Source: a virus
Taxonomy: Duplodnaviria; Caudoviricetes
Length of the DNA: 64,000 bases
Virus record (IMG/VR): IMGVR_UViG_3300025715_000026
Location: 2,428 to 66,427 of that record
Reading direction: 5' to 3' (one strand)
This document shows positions 51,669 through 62,321 of this stretch, in pieces. Position numbers and translations under genes: made by a program. The notes under the pieces are model-generated. The model worked only from the letters and a program-made list of their open reading frames with translations, did not search any database and was not told where the DNA came from. Numbering within the stretch: position 1 is the first letter of the stretch; each line of letters starts with the position of its first letter.

Positions 51669-53082
51669 GCACGAAGCGCATGGTCTGCATCCGCGAGGAC
51701 GCCTGCCTGTTCACCGCGCCGGCCATTGCCGGCAAGCTCCGGGCGTACCTGGAGGACTACGTTAACAACTCCGACAAGCCAGTGGGGCAGCGACGGGATG
51801 CCCTGACGCTGTCGCGGTGCCTGGAAATCTGCGACGATCCCTTGGTGGTCGCCCCCGCCCAGCCCGCGCCGGACAAGTGCGGTAACTGCGACACGCTGCA
51901 GCAGACGCCGGCCGACTGCGACCTGTGCAACGGCAAGCCCGCGCCGGAAGGGAGGCAGCCATGAGCGGCCCATGTTTGTGCGGCGACCCCTACTGCAACA
52001 GTTGCTTCCCTGGCAACGACGGGGGCGCGTTGGAGGCGGCCGAAGAGGCGTTGATGGAGCGCCTGGCCAAGGAGTGGGTATCGGCCCCCGAGCTTGGCCT
52101 TGTCGCGGCGGCCGGGATGGCCGCCCTGCAGGAGCACCGGAAGCTGGTCGCGGCGGCGGCTGCCGACGCGGTGCAGGATGAACGCATGGCCAAGGAGCAG
52201 GAGAAGGCGGCCAAGGCCGAGGCCGACGAGGAGTCCCGCCCATACTGGCTCTGGCGGGCCATGTTGGAGGAGTGCGCCCGGCATGGGTGCCACCGCCCGG
52301 CCGACGACCGATGCGAAGGCTCCGGGCTATGCATCACCGAGTGGTGCGTGCCCTGCGCGGCAAAGGCGTTCCTGGCACGAGAGAAGGCGGGGGAGGAGCC
52401 CCCGCCGGCCGAGGAACCCGATCCGGTCGAGCAAGCCCTGTGCGACGCGCCCACGTCGAACGGGCTCTTCCGTTGTTACCTGATCAAAGGCCACATCGGA
52501 GACCATGCGTGCCCAGGGCACCAGTGGCCCGCCGCGCCCTGCCCCCACGACTGGAAAACCGACGGGCACAAGGATGGCGTCGGACACCTATACTGCCGGC
52601 TGTGCGGGGAGACAAGGCCCGCCGCGAAGGTTCCGTGATGGCCCACCACGGCGGCAAGCTGGAGCACTCCGGCCCCAAGCGCGGTCGCGGGGCGTTTTGG
52701 GGGCGCAAGGTCGACGCGAAGCACGAGAGCACCCGGCGGCGGCGGAAGTGGAAGCACAGCAAGGGGGACGGGTTCGAGACCTGGACCCTGCCCTAGATGG
52801 AGGACAACGATGGGCGATGACCAGAAAGGCAATGGTCCCCGGAGGGTGGGGGTCATGTACGCCGCGACCCGCATCGAGGCCGTCGAGGTGCTCAAGCCCT
52901 CGTCGGAAATCCCCATCGAGCCGGGCGACACCTGGGGCATCAAGGTGCAGCTCGCCGAGCGGGGCATCACCTTCGCCCTGCACCGCAACGAGGCGCTCGC
53001 CCTGGCCCGGAGGCTTGAGGCCGCCATCGTCGGAGAGCTGGATGCGTCGGTAACGCGCTGGGCAAGGGAGGGCAAGGATTGA
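51665..53082 (+). CDS. Run of small, mostly Cys-rich ORFs (51665-51964, 51961-52638, 52638-52796, 52810-53082)
   Basis: Overlapping stop/start codons. Confidence 0.55.
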
Positions 53083-53369
53083 GCCTGGCGGCCCCCGAGT
53101 ACATCACCCTCTACGGGTGCGACTCCTGCCCGGCGTGCCGGGCCGTGGCCCGCAAGTTGGCGGCGGCGGGGTGGGAGTTCGACGCGGTCAAGGTGGACAT
53201 CGACAACCCCGCCTCCCCGGCTAACGAGGGGCTGCGGGCCGTCCTGCCGGGCTGGACCGGCTTCGTGCCGGTGCTGGACATCGGCGGGACGGTGGTAGAG
53301 TTGGGCCAGGGACGGTTGTGGGAGGCGTTCGCCCCCTGGCCGGTGGTAAAGGAGGCTGTTTGTGTCTGA
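53079..53369 (+). CDS. Glutaredoxin/NrdH-like protein
   Basis: ITLYG.DSCPAC...KL...EF..V..D; later VPVL.IGG. Confidence 0.75.
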   Translation: MSLAAPEYITLYGCDSCPACRAVARKLAAAGWEFDAVKVDIDNPASPANEGLRAVLPGWTGFVPVLDIGGTVVELGQGRLWEAFAPWPVVKEAVCV

Positions 53370-56324
53370 CGCACCGCAGGCGTGGAAGCTGCCGGACTGG
53401 ATGAAGCCGCTGGAGCCGTTCATCAACGATGCCGGCGGGCTGTCCGTCGAGACGCTGATGAACACCTACGGGGCCAAGTGCGGCAACCGGCTCGCCCAGG
53501 CCGACGTCGAGACGAGGGCGATGATCATTAACGCTCAAGTGGGTTTGTTGGTCGCCCTCAGGGCGGCCGGGAAGCTGAAGGAGGGGGGGTAGCCATGTTT
53601 TCAGTCACCAGGACGGGCGACCGGTTCGAGTTAACGCGCACAACGATCTTCCCCGAGGGCGGCCTGAAGGCCGACGTCATCATGACCGCACCGTTTCTGC
53701 GCGAGAATGACGACAACGGCCCCGTCGTAGCCGCCCTCCTCCGCGTGGCCGGCGATCTGCTCGTGGCCGAGTACGACGCCGAGGCGCACATCAACACGGC
53801 GCGGGCGCAAGCCGAGGCCCTGGGGCAGCAGCTGGGCAAGGCCCACGAGCGGGCCGCGAGCGCCCCGCTGAACGTGGGGATCATCGGCCCGCTTCCGGGG
53901 TTCAGCCCCGGAGCAGTACATCCCGAGGCCACGCCCTGCCCTAAGTGCGGGGCCATGACGCTCCACGGCCAGTCGTGCCTCGGTTGTGAGCTGGCCGCCG
54001 AGGACATCAAGGAGAACGCGCCGGGCGGCCAGTAGCCGGTTGGGAGAACACATGGACATCGTGATTGGGCTGGCGCGGCGTTGCGCGAACGTCAGGGGCG
54101 AAGGCTCCGAATCATTGATTACGGCCGGAACGCCTGCGAGCTTACCCGGCCGCCAGCCCTTTAATAGCGCGGCCGGGCTCGTTGTCGGCTGCGTAGACGC
54201 CCGCCTCGATTCGCAAGGGGGACGCCCCGAGCTGCGGCGAGGAACCGAAGCCTCGGGAGCCGGCATTGCACCGGCCAGGCGGGCCAACCATTCGGCGGGG
54301 TTGAAATTGCCGGGCCTCGAAAACCTGGCCGCGCCTGGGGAAGAGACGGTGCGCGAACCCCGCCCCACCACGGCCCGGTTGCTTCAAGGGACGGCCTCTG
54401 AGTCCTGGCAGAACATCGGAGGGGTTGCCGGGGTACTAGCCCCCCGGCGCGAGCCGCAGCCCCCGTCGACTCCATGCGGCGGGGCCAGCAACCGGGCCTT
54501 CTACTACAACCCGCCGGGGGCGTGTGCCGCCGGCAAGGAAAGGAGAACATCGTGAATCTGACTTTCGCCAGTGAGTTGCCGCAGGAAGCACAGAATACGA
54601 TCCTGGAGCGCGGGGGGTTCTGTCACCGCCTCCCCCTGGTCGCGCCCATCCCCGTCCAGGGGGCGCTGGGCCAGCCGGACATGGTGGTCATCAGCGCCTT
54701 CGGGATGTGCCAGAAGAACCTCTGCCCCAAGTGGGACGGGGAGAAGTGCTCCGAGGCCGAGCTGGCCCACGTCATCCGGCTCCGCAATGCGGCCAACGAC
54801 GCCAAGGCGGCCGAGGCCACGGAGGCCGAGATCGAGGCGTCCGAGGCGGCGGCGGAGGGGGAGGGTGGGAAGTCAAGGCTGGTGATGCCGTGAGCGGCCG
54901 GCGGGACGAGTTGCGGCGGCACCGCAAGAGCGTCAACAACGCCAAGAACCGGGCGGCCGTCAGGGAGGAAGCCGAGATGCGCGAGCTGTGGGGCGTCGTC
55001 GGCGGCTTCCTCCTGGGCGCGGTCTTCGGCCCCCGGCTGATCTGGACGTTGTCTCGGTCGTCCTGGGGCGACAAGCTGGCCGAGATCATGCGGCGGGGCA
55101 TCCCCGAGCCGGCCATCAGCCCGTTCGTGGGCACGCCGGACGCGGAGCCGCCCCAGGAGGTGACCACGCGGGTGGTAGAGGACATGGCGAACGAGGCCCT
55201 GCGGGCCAGCTACCGGGCGGCGGAGAAGCGCAAGGCGAAGGGCAAGGCGAAGAAGGGGGCATGACGATGGGGTGCCTGTGCGGGAGCGCGACCCACGGCG
55301 TTGCGGGGAGAGAGCAGTTCTGGTCGGTGGCCAGGCACAGCAACGGCAGCGACCTCGTGCTGGTCATCGAGGACGAGCGCTACCGATCCGAGGTTCGCCT
55401 TGCCCTAGACCACGGCGACCTGGTTCGCCTCATCGCGTGCCTGGAGCGGTGCTTGCCGAAGATGGACGGGGAGCCGGGGTGGAAGGGCGAGGCCATCAGG
55501 CGCATCGAGAAGCTGGAGTCGGCCGACCTGGCGAAGCGCGTTGGGGATCTAGAGACTGACGTGACGGATCTCAACGCTGAGGCCTCCCACATCCGTAAGT
55601 ACCTCAACGACGTCGACAAGGGCGGATCTTGGCCGGCTACCAGGCGCATCGAGCGGATAGAACGCGCCGTCTCGGCCCTCCAGCACGCCGTCCAGCGCCA
55701 GGAGGGGCCGCCGAAGGCCGGGCCGGGGGAGAACGATCCGGAGCCGCCGGCCCCGAAGAGCGTCCCCGACGTCCGATTGAAGTCGCCCCGGCAGCTTTGC
55801 CGAGACTACAGCATCCAGGCGTGCCACTACTGCGAGCGCCTGGCCTGCGGGGACAACACCTCCCCCGGCGCGGCCCTCTACCGGGCGGCGAAGGCGGTGG
55901 TCGAGTCCCCCAAGGGGGTGCTGCCCGCGACCGTGGGGGATCTGGCCAGGCTGGTCGACAAGATGACGGTACTGACCGAGGCGACCAAGAAGGTCGAGGA
56001 GATGGCGTAAAGGAGATGGCGATGCGAAAGATCGCGATGGCGGTTCTGGTTCTGGCTGCCCTGGGGGCCGGGGGGTGCCATGCGGGGTTTGCCGGCATCT
56101 ACGGCTGCACCGGGCAGCAGAAGCACAAGGGGATGACGATATCCTGCCCGCGTTGCGGCAACAGCCAGAAGGTCGACCGGCTGCGGGTCTACTGGCCCGG
56201 CGAGCCCCTCGTCCCGCTCCTGACACACGAGTGGTACTGCCAGGAGTGCAAGACGTGGTGGTGTACGCGGGGGCTGAACCACTACGAGCGCGGGCCGGGG
56301 TGGCCGTGGAAGGGCAGCCGGTGA
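53362..56324 (+). CDS. Run of hypothetical ORFs (53362-53592, 53595-54035, 54552-54893, 54890-55264, 55261-56010, 56016-56324)
   Basis: Operon spacing; the last has a lipobox-like AGG-C signal and CxxC pairs. Confidence 0.55.
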
Positions 56325-56638
56325 GCGCCAACATAACCAGGGCCGAGCTTTGCCGGCGGGCGGTGGAGAAGCTGAAGGAAGGCGGCGACATCGTTTCCGA
56401 GCGGTTCGTGGGGGACGTTGTGGACGCCTTCCTGGCCGCCCTTTCGGGGGCGTTGGCCGCCGGGGGCCGGGTAGAGCTGCGCGGCCTGGGTAGCTTCCGC
56501 CCGGTAAAGTGGGCTGCCAGGCGGGTGAAACCGCCCAAGGGGCCGCTTCAGAGGGCCAAACAGGCCGGGGTCCGGGCGGTAAAGTCGGCCTTCTCGGTGA
56601 GATTCCGCCCTGGGGCGGCGTTGCGGAGGATCCGGTAG
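56321..56638 (+). CDS. HU/IHF-like DNA-binding protein (105 aa)
   Basis: TRAEL...VDAFL..L...L..G.RVELRGLGSF...VRFRPG..LR. Confidence 0.85.
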   Translation: MSANITRAELCRRAVEKLKEGGDIVSERFVGDVVDAFLAALSGALAAGGRVELRGLGSFRPVKWAARRVKPPKGPLQRAKQAGVRAVKSAFSVRFRPGAALRRIR

Positions 56639-56643
56639 CCATT

Positions 56644-56669
56644 TATCTATCGGTTAACACCGATAGATA
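56644..56669. repeat. Inverted repeat TATCTATCGGT-TAAC-ACCGATAGATA, candidate recombinase site
   Basis: Perfect 11-bp arms, AT-rich, between the HU and recombinase genes. Confidence 0.8.
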
Positions 56670-56748
56670 GGTTCGTTTTCAGGCCCACGGCGAATGGCCA
56701 ACTTCGTTCTTCTTGGCCATTCCCCCTAGGGGGACGGGGTAGGAAGGC

Positions 56749-57351
56749 ATGAACTACAAGCCAAACGAGCGGGACAAATACCTCGTGAAGGACGAGTTCG
56801 CCAGCCTGGTGGCGTGGGCGGAGAAGCATGATCTGCGCCTGGCCCTGTTCGTTTTCCTAGGCGGGGCCGCCGGATTACGCATATCCGAGGCCCGGACCCT
56901 GCCCTGGAGCGCCTTTGACCGCGTGGCCACCGAGGGGATGCTATCGGTCCGGTGCCTCAAGAAGCGCAAGAAGCGCATCACCGGCGAACGGGCCGAGGTC
57001 ATCATGGACGCCCCATTGGGGCCGAAATCGAAGGCCCGCATCCTGGGATACATGGCCAAGCTCCGAAAGCCCGGCGACCAGTGGACGTTCCCCGGCCGCT
57101 CCGGCAAGCCGATCAGCATCCGCCAGGCCACCCGGTGGTTCAAGACGGCCGCCACCGGGGCCGGCCTCAACCCCAATTATTCGTATCACGCCCTGCGCCA
57201 CTACCGGGGCATCAGCACATGGGACGCCAACCGCGAGATCAAGGCCGTCGCCTCCGTTCTTCGGCACGCCAAGGAGGAGACGTCCTACAAGTACATGCAC
57301 ATGTCGCAGGCCGAGAAGCATCGGTCGGTTGCCAGGATCGAGGAAATCTAA
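56749..57351 (+). CDS. Tyrosine recombinase, catalytic domain only (200 aa)
   Basis: GLRISE (Arg), HALRH, LRH...Y (Tyr nucleophile). Confidence 0.9.
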   Translation: MNYKPNERDKYLVKDEFASLVAWAEKHDLRLALFVFLGGAAGLRISEARTLPWSAFDRVATEGMLSVRCLKKRKKRITGERAEVIMDAPLGPKSKARILGYMAKLRKPGDQWTFPGRSGKPISIRQATRWFKTAATGAGLNPNYSYHALRHYRGISTWDANREIKAVASVLRHAKEETSYKYMHMSQAEKHRSVARIEEI

Positions 57352-57361
57352 GGAGGACACC

Positions 57362-58427
57362 ATGTCCAACTGCATCATCCCCGGTTGCCCCAAAGACGGA
57401 ACCCGCCTGCACCAGGTAGAGCAGCCCGGATCGGAGCACCTGCTATGCGAGGGCCACTACCAGTTGCTCTTTGTCTCCGGCATGGCCGGCGAAGAGGATC
57501 TGCGGGTCTACAATGCGGCCTATCAGGCCATTCTGGACGAGCGCCGGGCGGCGGCGAAGGAGAAGGAGGCGGCCCAGGGCGGCCCGGAACCGGACGACAA
57601 CGCCCGGCGGCCGACGTTTAACCGGGCTCCCGAAGTCCCCTCGGTCGTAGAGGACGCCCTGCTGGTCGAGGTGCCGGCGCTCCACGGAGCCCAGCGTATT
57701 CACCTGCACATCAACCGGGGAAACGAGGGCCATTCCTACGAGTGCTGCGTCCTGCCGAGGGGCATACCCGAGGGGGCCGTCCTGCGGTTTTCGAAGAACG
57801 TCGGGATCGTAGCCCTGAGCAGCCCCCCCGCGCTGGCCGGCAGGACCGTCCGCATTCGCTTTTGGGAGATATGGCCGGAGGGGGAGGAGATGGTCGCGTC
57901 CGGGGAGCGGGTGCGGATGCCGGACACCGACCTGCACGGCGGCCCCTGCATCCGTTGCGGCAAGGACATCCTGGTCCGGGTGGGCGTGCCCTTCAGGCTC
58001 AGCGTCGGCCTGCCGGATGGAACCCAGGTGTGCCCCGAGTGCGTAGAGAAGGAGAAGGCCGATGGCCAAGCGCAAGGCTAGGCCCGTCATGAAGTGGACG
58101 CCCGCCATAAGCAAGCTGGCCACCGGGGCGATAGCCAGCAACCTGGCCGGCGTGCTTGCCGGCAACGCGCTGGGCGGCTGGGCCAAGGACCACTTCGACA
58201 AGCGCCTCGACGCCCTTGAGGCCAAGCTGGACCGCCTGGCCACGGCCTTGGCGGCCGATCCGGGGCACAAGGGGCCGCCGAACTTCCGCATCGCCTGGAC
58301 GGGTGGCCCTCGGGCGAAGCGCCTGACGCCCGGCGGGATGTTCCTCCGGGCGGTCATGGCCGGCGTGCCGTTCTCGGTGAACGGCGTCGCCTATCGGCCA
58401 GTGCGGGCGAAGAAGGGCAAGAGGTAG
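57362..58427 (+). CDS. Two hypothetical proteins (57362-58081, 58062-58427)
   Basis: RBSs, overlap, CxxC pairs in the first. Confidence 0.55.
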
Positions 58428-58436
58428 GAGGGGACA

Positions 58437-59285
58437 ATGGGAGAGGGAACGATTCCGGTCATCCACGTCAAGGAGAAGGGCCTGCCGGCCGCCTGGGAGA
58501 AGGCGATCATCCTTCTGCGGACCAGCGGGGCCGATGCCCCCACGCAATACGACCGGCCGGGCGACCCGCCGTCGAAGGACGCGATGGTCGTCATGGAGAT
58601 CGACGAGCCGCTGCTTGAGCCGCGCATCCATGCCTTCTTCCCCGGCGGCCCCACCGACCTGGAAGAATACTGCATGGAGGTCAAGGAGGGGGTCAAGGAC
58701 CACTGGGTCCGCGACCCCAAGAACCCCGCCGACAAGCGGTGGAGCTACACCTATCACAGCCGGATGCGGACGGACTTCGGCGTCGACCAGATCGCCACGA
58801 TGGTCGAGAAGCTCAAGCGGCAGCCCTTCACCCGCCAGGCCCAGTTCACCACGTGGATGCCGGCCACGGACCCGGTTGACTACGACCCGCCGTGCCTGCA
58901 GCGTGGCTGGGCGCGGGTGCTGGAGAACGTCGAGACCAAGGAGCTGGAGTTCCACGCCCACGTCTACATGCGCTCCTGGGACGCGCTCAAGGCCGGCTTC
59001 ATGAACCTGTTTGCCTTCATCCGGCTCTTTGACGAGGACATCCGGGTGCCGGTGTCGCTGGAGCTCGGCCGGAATATCATCTTTAAGCGGTTCGTGGCCG
59101 TGGGCGACAGCTTCCACATCTACGGCAAGGATCTGAAGGACATGGCCGCCTTCCGGGCGACCTACGGCAAGCGATACCACTACGCTCCGACCGCCTCCTG
59201 GCTGGAGATGATGAACGAGGACCGGCCGGCGATCCTGGCGAAGGTTGCCGAGCAGGACGCGGCCCGCAAGGCGCGGGGGGAGTAG
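58437..59285 (+). CDS. thyA: Thymidylate synthase fold protein (ThyA, short archaeal-like form)
   Basis: YTY..R, DQI, PPCLQ, MRSWD, MN, SFHIY. Confidence 0.8.
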   Translation: MGEGTIPVIHVKEKGLPAAWEKAIILLRTSGADAPTQYDRPGDPPSKDAMVVMEIDEPLLEPRIHAFFPGGPTDLEEYCMEVKEGVKDHWVRDPKNPADKRWSYTYHSRMRTDFGVDQIATMVEKLKRQPFTRQAQFTTWMPATDPVDYDPPCLQRGWARVLENVETKELEFHAHVYMRSWDALKAGFMNLFAFIRLFDEDIRVPVSLELGRNIIFKRFVAVGDSFHIYGKDLKDMAAFRATYGKRYHYAPTASWLEMMNEDRPAILAKVAEQDAARKARGE

Positions 59286-59288
59286 CCC

Positions 59289-59789
59289 ATGTTTAAAATA
59301 GTCAGCGGACACAGGAATCTGTGGGTTGCGGAGCGCACTTTGAAGAAGAACCCCGAGGCCAGCGACCTGTCGGCCCCGCTGCTGAGTGTCTCCCTTCTGT
59401 GGCCGCAGGAGATGGACTGGTGGGCCGTGCGCATCGAGAGCGACAGCAAGGAAATGGTTCAGCGACACGCAGTCGGGTGTCACGTCTTGACCCACGCCTT
59501 GGCGCTGGAGATGTACTTCCCGAGAGACGAGGAGCATGAGGAAGAGGTTCCGTGGCGCTGGCCTCTTCACGCGCTTCCCATCACCCTGATCGATGGCCCG
59601 GCCCGGCCCATGAATAAGCCTAGTTACCGCGATTTCATGCCGGTTCGCTGCGGAGAAGCCTTACGGCTGCGCTCAACTGAGCATATTGCTGTCAGGTTCG
59701 CGCTGTTGCGGAACGCTCCCGCCAGGTGGGAGGTCAACCGCTTTCCGGTTACACTGCGGGTCTGCGTCGAGGGAATTCACTACAAGTGA
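59289..59789 (+). CDS. Diverged paralog of the 196-aa putative capsid protein (166 aa)
   Basis: LLWPQEMDWWAVRIE, PL..LP, PS.R.F.P...G....STE...VR, terminal V..EG..Y. Confidence 0.55.
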   Translation: MFKIVSGHRNLWVAERTLKKNPEASDLSAPLLSVSLLWPQEMDWWAVRIESDSKEMVQRHAVGCHVLTHALALEMYFPRDEEHEEEVPWRWPLHALPITLIDGPARPMNKPSYRDFMPVRCGEALRLRSTEHIAVRFALLRNAPARWEVNRFPVTLRVCVEGIHYK

Positions 59790-59793
59790 AGGA

Positions 59794-59955
59794 ATGGTGA
59801 CCGTGGCCCATCTCAAGCGTCGCCGCTGCCGCCGGCAGGTCCGTTGCACGCTGTGCACGGACGTCCGCTGGATGGGCAACCGCAAGGGGCGGCGGCCAGT
59901 TAGAGACGAGCGGGCCGACAAGCCAACGAGGAGGGACGACGATGTGGCCATTTAA
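59794..59955 (+). CDS. Small basic Cys-containing peptide (53 aa)
   Basis: Fills the gap between the two capsid paralogs. Confidence 0.4.
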   Translation: MVTVAHLKRRRCRRQVRCTLCTDVRWMGNRKGRRPVRDERADKPTRRDDDVAI

Positions 59956-60694
59956 GAGCGCACACAACGCGGACGCGGAGGAGGCCAAGGAGGAGAGAGG
60001 GCCGGAGGATGCCGCTTCTCCGGGCCTGTTTCAGCCTCCCCCTCCGGTTTACTTGCGCGTCCTTCGCCAGCCACTCTACGACATGGAGTGGGCGATCCGG
60101 GGGACGCCCGCAACCACCCTGTTCTCGCGGCCGATAGGCCAGCTCAACCAGCTTATGGCCGCCAAGACCGATGTCGACACGAACATGGTGCAGGCGGCGT
60201 GCTTGCCGGTGCCGATGCAATTCGACTGGTTCGCCTGGAGGACCGAGTTCTCGCCCGACGTGGCCTTTGAGTGCCTCCTCAGCTTCCGCTTCGCCTCTCG
60301 CCTCCAGGTCCGTTTTGGGCAGCGCGTCTGGTTCTCCGTCCCGCTTTCCTACGTGCCCTTCTCGCATCACCTGGCCATATGGGAAATGAACGCAATCGCC
60401 CCAATAGTCCTCAGCGCCGAGGACAAGCGCTTCAAGGAGGCGTGGAGGAGGGCCGAGGTCGTCGACGCCGACAAGATTCCCGATGTTGGCGATCTGCTCA
60501 AGGATACCGTGGGCATATACCGCACGGAACATGCGCGGAGAATAGGCGGCGGTGGCGACAACCGCCCGATGAGGATCCGGAGCCAGGAGGTTTTCATGGC
60601 CGACATCTTTACCGATTGGTCGTCTGCGCTGGTCTTGCCCGACCAGGTAGGCGTGCGCCTGTACCTTGAGGGCAACGTGTACCAGGGACTGTGA
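59942..60694 (+). CDS. Paralog of the 196-aa putative capsid protein (250 aa)
   Basis: YLRVLRQPLYD, LFSRPIGQLN, KTDVDTNMVQA, FGQRVWFSVPLSYVP, VRLYLEGNVYQGL align with the capsid protein. Confidence 0.85.
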   Translation: MWPFKSAHNADAEEAKEERGPEDAASPGLFQPPPPVYLRVLRQPLYDMEWAIRGTPATTLFSRPIGQLNQLMAAKTDVDTNMVQAACLPVPMQFDWFAWRTEFSPDVAFECLLSFRFASRLQVRFGQRVWFSVPLSYVPFSHHLAIWEMNAIAPIVLSAEDKRFKEAWRRAEVVDADKIPDVGDLLKDTVGIYRTEHARRIGGGGDNRPMRIRSQEVFMADIFTDWSSALVLPDQVGVRLYLEGNVYQGL

Positions 60695-60701
60695 GGGAGG
60701 C

Positions 60702-60977
60702 ATGAACGAGCGCTGCTGCACCTTCTGCGTCCACAACCCCTATCTGGCCCTGGAGCGGGCGGGGTGGGCGGCGAGGTTGTGGGGGGGCATCCTGACGGTC
60801 CTGTTCCGCCGCCCCCGCCGCCGGCCGGAAGGCCCGTCGGGGTGCTTGCGGAACCCCCAGCTCTTCTGCTATGACGTCCACGACAGCGCCGGCTGCCGGC
60901 GGTCCCTGGCTACCGCCCGGCCGGAGTTCCTGCCGTGCAAGGCGTGCTCGCATTTCGCCATGAAGGGGAAGGCATGA
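60702..60977 (+). CDS. Small Cys-rich protein (91 aa)
   Basis: GGAGG RBS; CxxC pairs. Confidence 0.55.
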   Translation: MNERCCTFCVHNPYLALERAGWAARLWGGILTVLFRRPRRRPEGPSGCLRNPQLFCYDVHDSAGCRRSLATARPEFLPCKACSHFAMKGKA

Positions 60978-61870
60978 CCGCCGACGGCCGCAATCCTGGG
61001 GCTTGGGGACATAAGGTCACGCTGGAGTGGTACGAGATGCTCCAGGCTTCCTTCGTCGGCGCGGTCCGTCACCTGGAGGCGCTGAGCAAAAAGTCTTCGG
61101 ACGCCTATGGCGCAGACCCAGCCAACGGATGGAGCCTTCATATAGAAGGCGCGTGCGGTGAGATGGCCTTTTGCAAGGCGTGCGATCTGTTCTGGCCGGG
61201 GACGGTTAACACCTACCGGGCTGGCTTCGATGCCGGCAACTTTCAGATCCGAACGAGAAGCCGCGACGAATACGATCTGATTGTCCGCGCTTCCGATGCT
61301 GACGACAAAAGATACGTCCTGGTGACCGGCCTTGCCCCCACCTACACGATATGGGGGAGCCTGCTGGGAGGAGAGGCGAAAAAGCACCCGGAATGGTTGC
61401 GAGAGCATGGGGGGCGGGCTCCGGCCTTCTTTGTGCCCAAGACGGCCCTTGAGCCTTTGCCTCGTGCGAGAAGGCGTTGGTCAATGAATAACGACGGCCT
61501 CAAGAAGTGTCCCCGGTGCGCCGGCAAGGGCTGGACCTACTACAAGGGGTTCAAGTGCAGCCTCTGCAAGGGGTCCGGCCGGGTACGCCGCAGCATCTTC
61601 TTGTGCGAGGGCGTCACCCGGACGCACATGCTGATCAAGCCCTGGCGCTACCGGACGGTGATCCGCCAGTGCCGGCGGCCGGCCTGCGATCACATCGGGG
61701 GCAAGCACTACTGCTGGCAGCACAGCCCGAAGGACGGATTCGCCCGGCGGGTCAAGTGGGGGCGGGGCAGGGTGGGCAAGGCCAAGCCCCTGCCGGCCCC
61801 GCCGGACGCGGCTGCGCGGTGGCGGAAGCAGCAGGCCGAGATCAAGGCCGCAACGAGGAGGGGGCGCTGA
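60974..61870 (+). CDS. PD-(D/E)XK-like phage domain fused to a DnaJ-type zinc-finger region (298 aa)
   Basis: GACGEMA..K...D...QIR...YVLV...FVP..L pattern, then CPRCAGKG/CSLCKGSG. Confidence 0.55.
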   Translation: MTADGRNPGAWGHKVTLEWYEMLQASFVGAVRHLEALSKKSSDAYGADPANGWSLHIEGACGEMAFCKACDLFWPGTVNTYRAGFDAGNFQIRTRSRDEYDLIVRASDADDKRYVLVTGLAPTYTIWGSLLGGEAKKHPEWLREHGGRAPAFFVPKTALEPLPRARRRWSMNNDGLKKCPRCAGKGWTYYKGFKCSLCKGSGRVRRSIFLCEGVTRTHMLIKPWRYRTVIRQCRRPACDHIGGKHYCWQHSPKDGFARRVKWGRGRVGKAKPLPAPPDAAARWRKQQAEIKAATRRGR

Positions 61871-62321
61871 TGGGCAAGTCGGACGCCGGCAAAGGCCCCG
61901 ACCCCCGGCCGATGACGCCGGAGGGGCGGGCCAACTACGAGCGGACCCTGCGGAACATCTACGGGGTGCGGGTGAAGATACCGCCGAATGGGCCGGAGCT
62001 GCATGAGCTGGTCGACCGGCTGTTCGGCCGGATGACGCGTGACCCCGCCATCAATGATTTACTCCTGAGCAATGATCGGCACCTGATTATGTGGACGCTT
62101 CAGGCCCTGGCCGAGGAGGAAGGATGATGGCTGGAAAAACGGTGGTTATCCCGCCGCCCGGCAAGGCTCGCCGGTCAATGTGCCGGCGGATTGGCAAGGC
62201 GGTGTTCCCGAAGGCTTACGACCCCATGAGTTACCCCACGGACTGGGGAGTGAAGCGGGGCATGGCCGCGACCGAAGCGCTCATCGAGTGCTTCCTGTCT
62301 GCGATGGAGAAAGGCAAATGA
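61870..62321 (+). CDS. Two small hypothetical ORFs (61870-62127, 62124-62321)
   Basis: ATGA overlaps. Confidence 0.5.

Noticed and set aside
54064-54073. ATTGGGCTGG partial match to the late-promoter block
   Set aside because: Only 10 bp, lacks the ACA of the -35 and a spaced -10; plausible by chance
54250-54280. T-arm-like hairpin GCCGG-TGCAATG-CCGGC (minus strand) suggesting a tRNA
   Set aside because: No matching acceptor stem, D-arm or anticodon arm; the 54040-54550 region is of uncertain coding status but I cannot support an RNA gene
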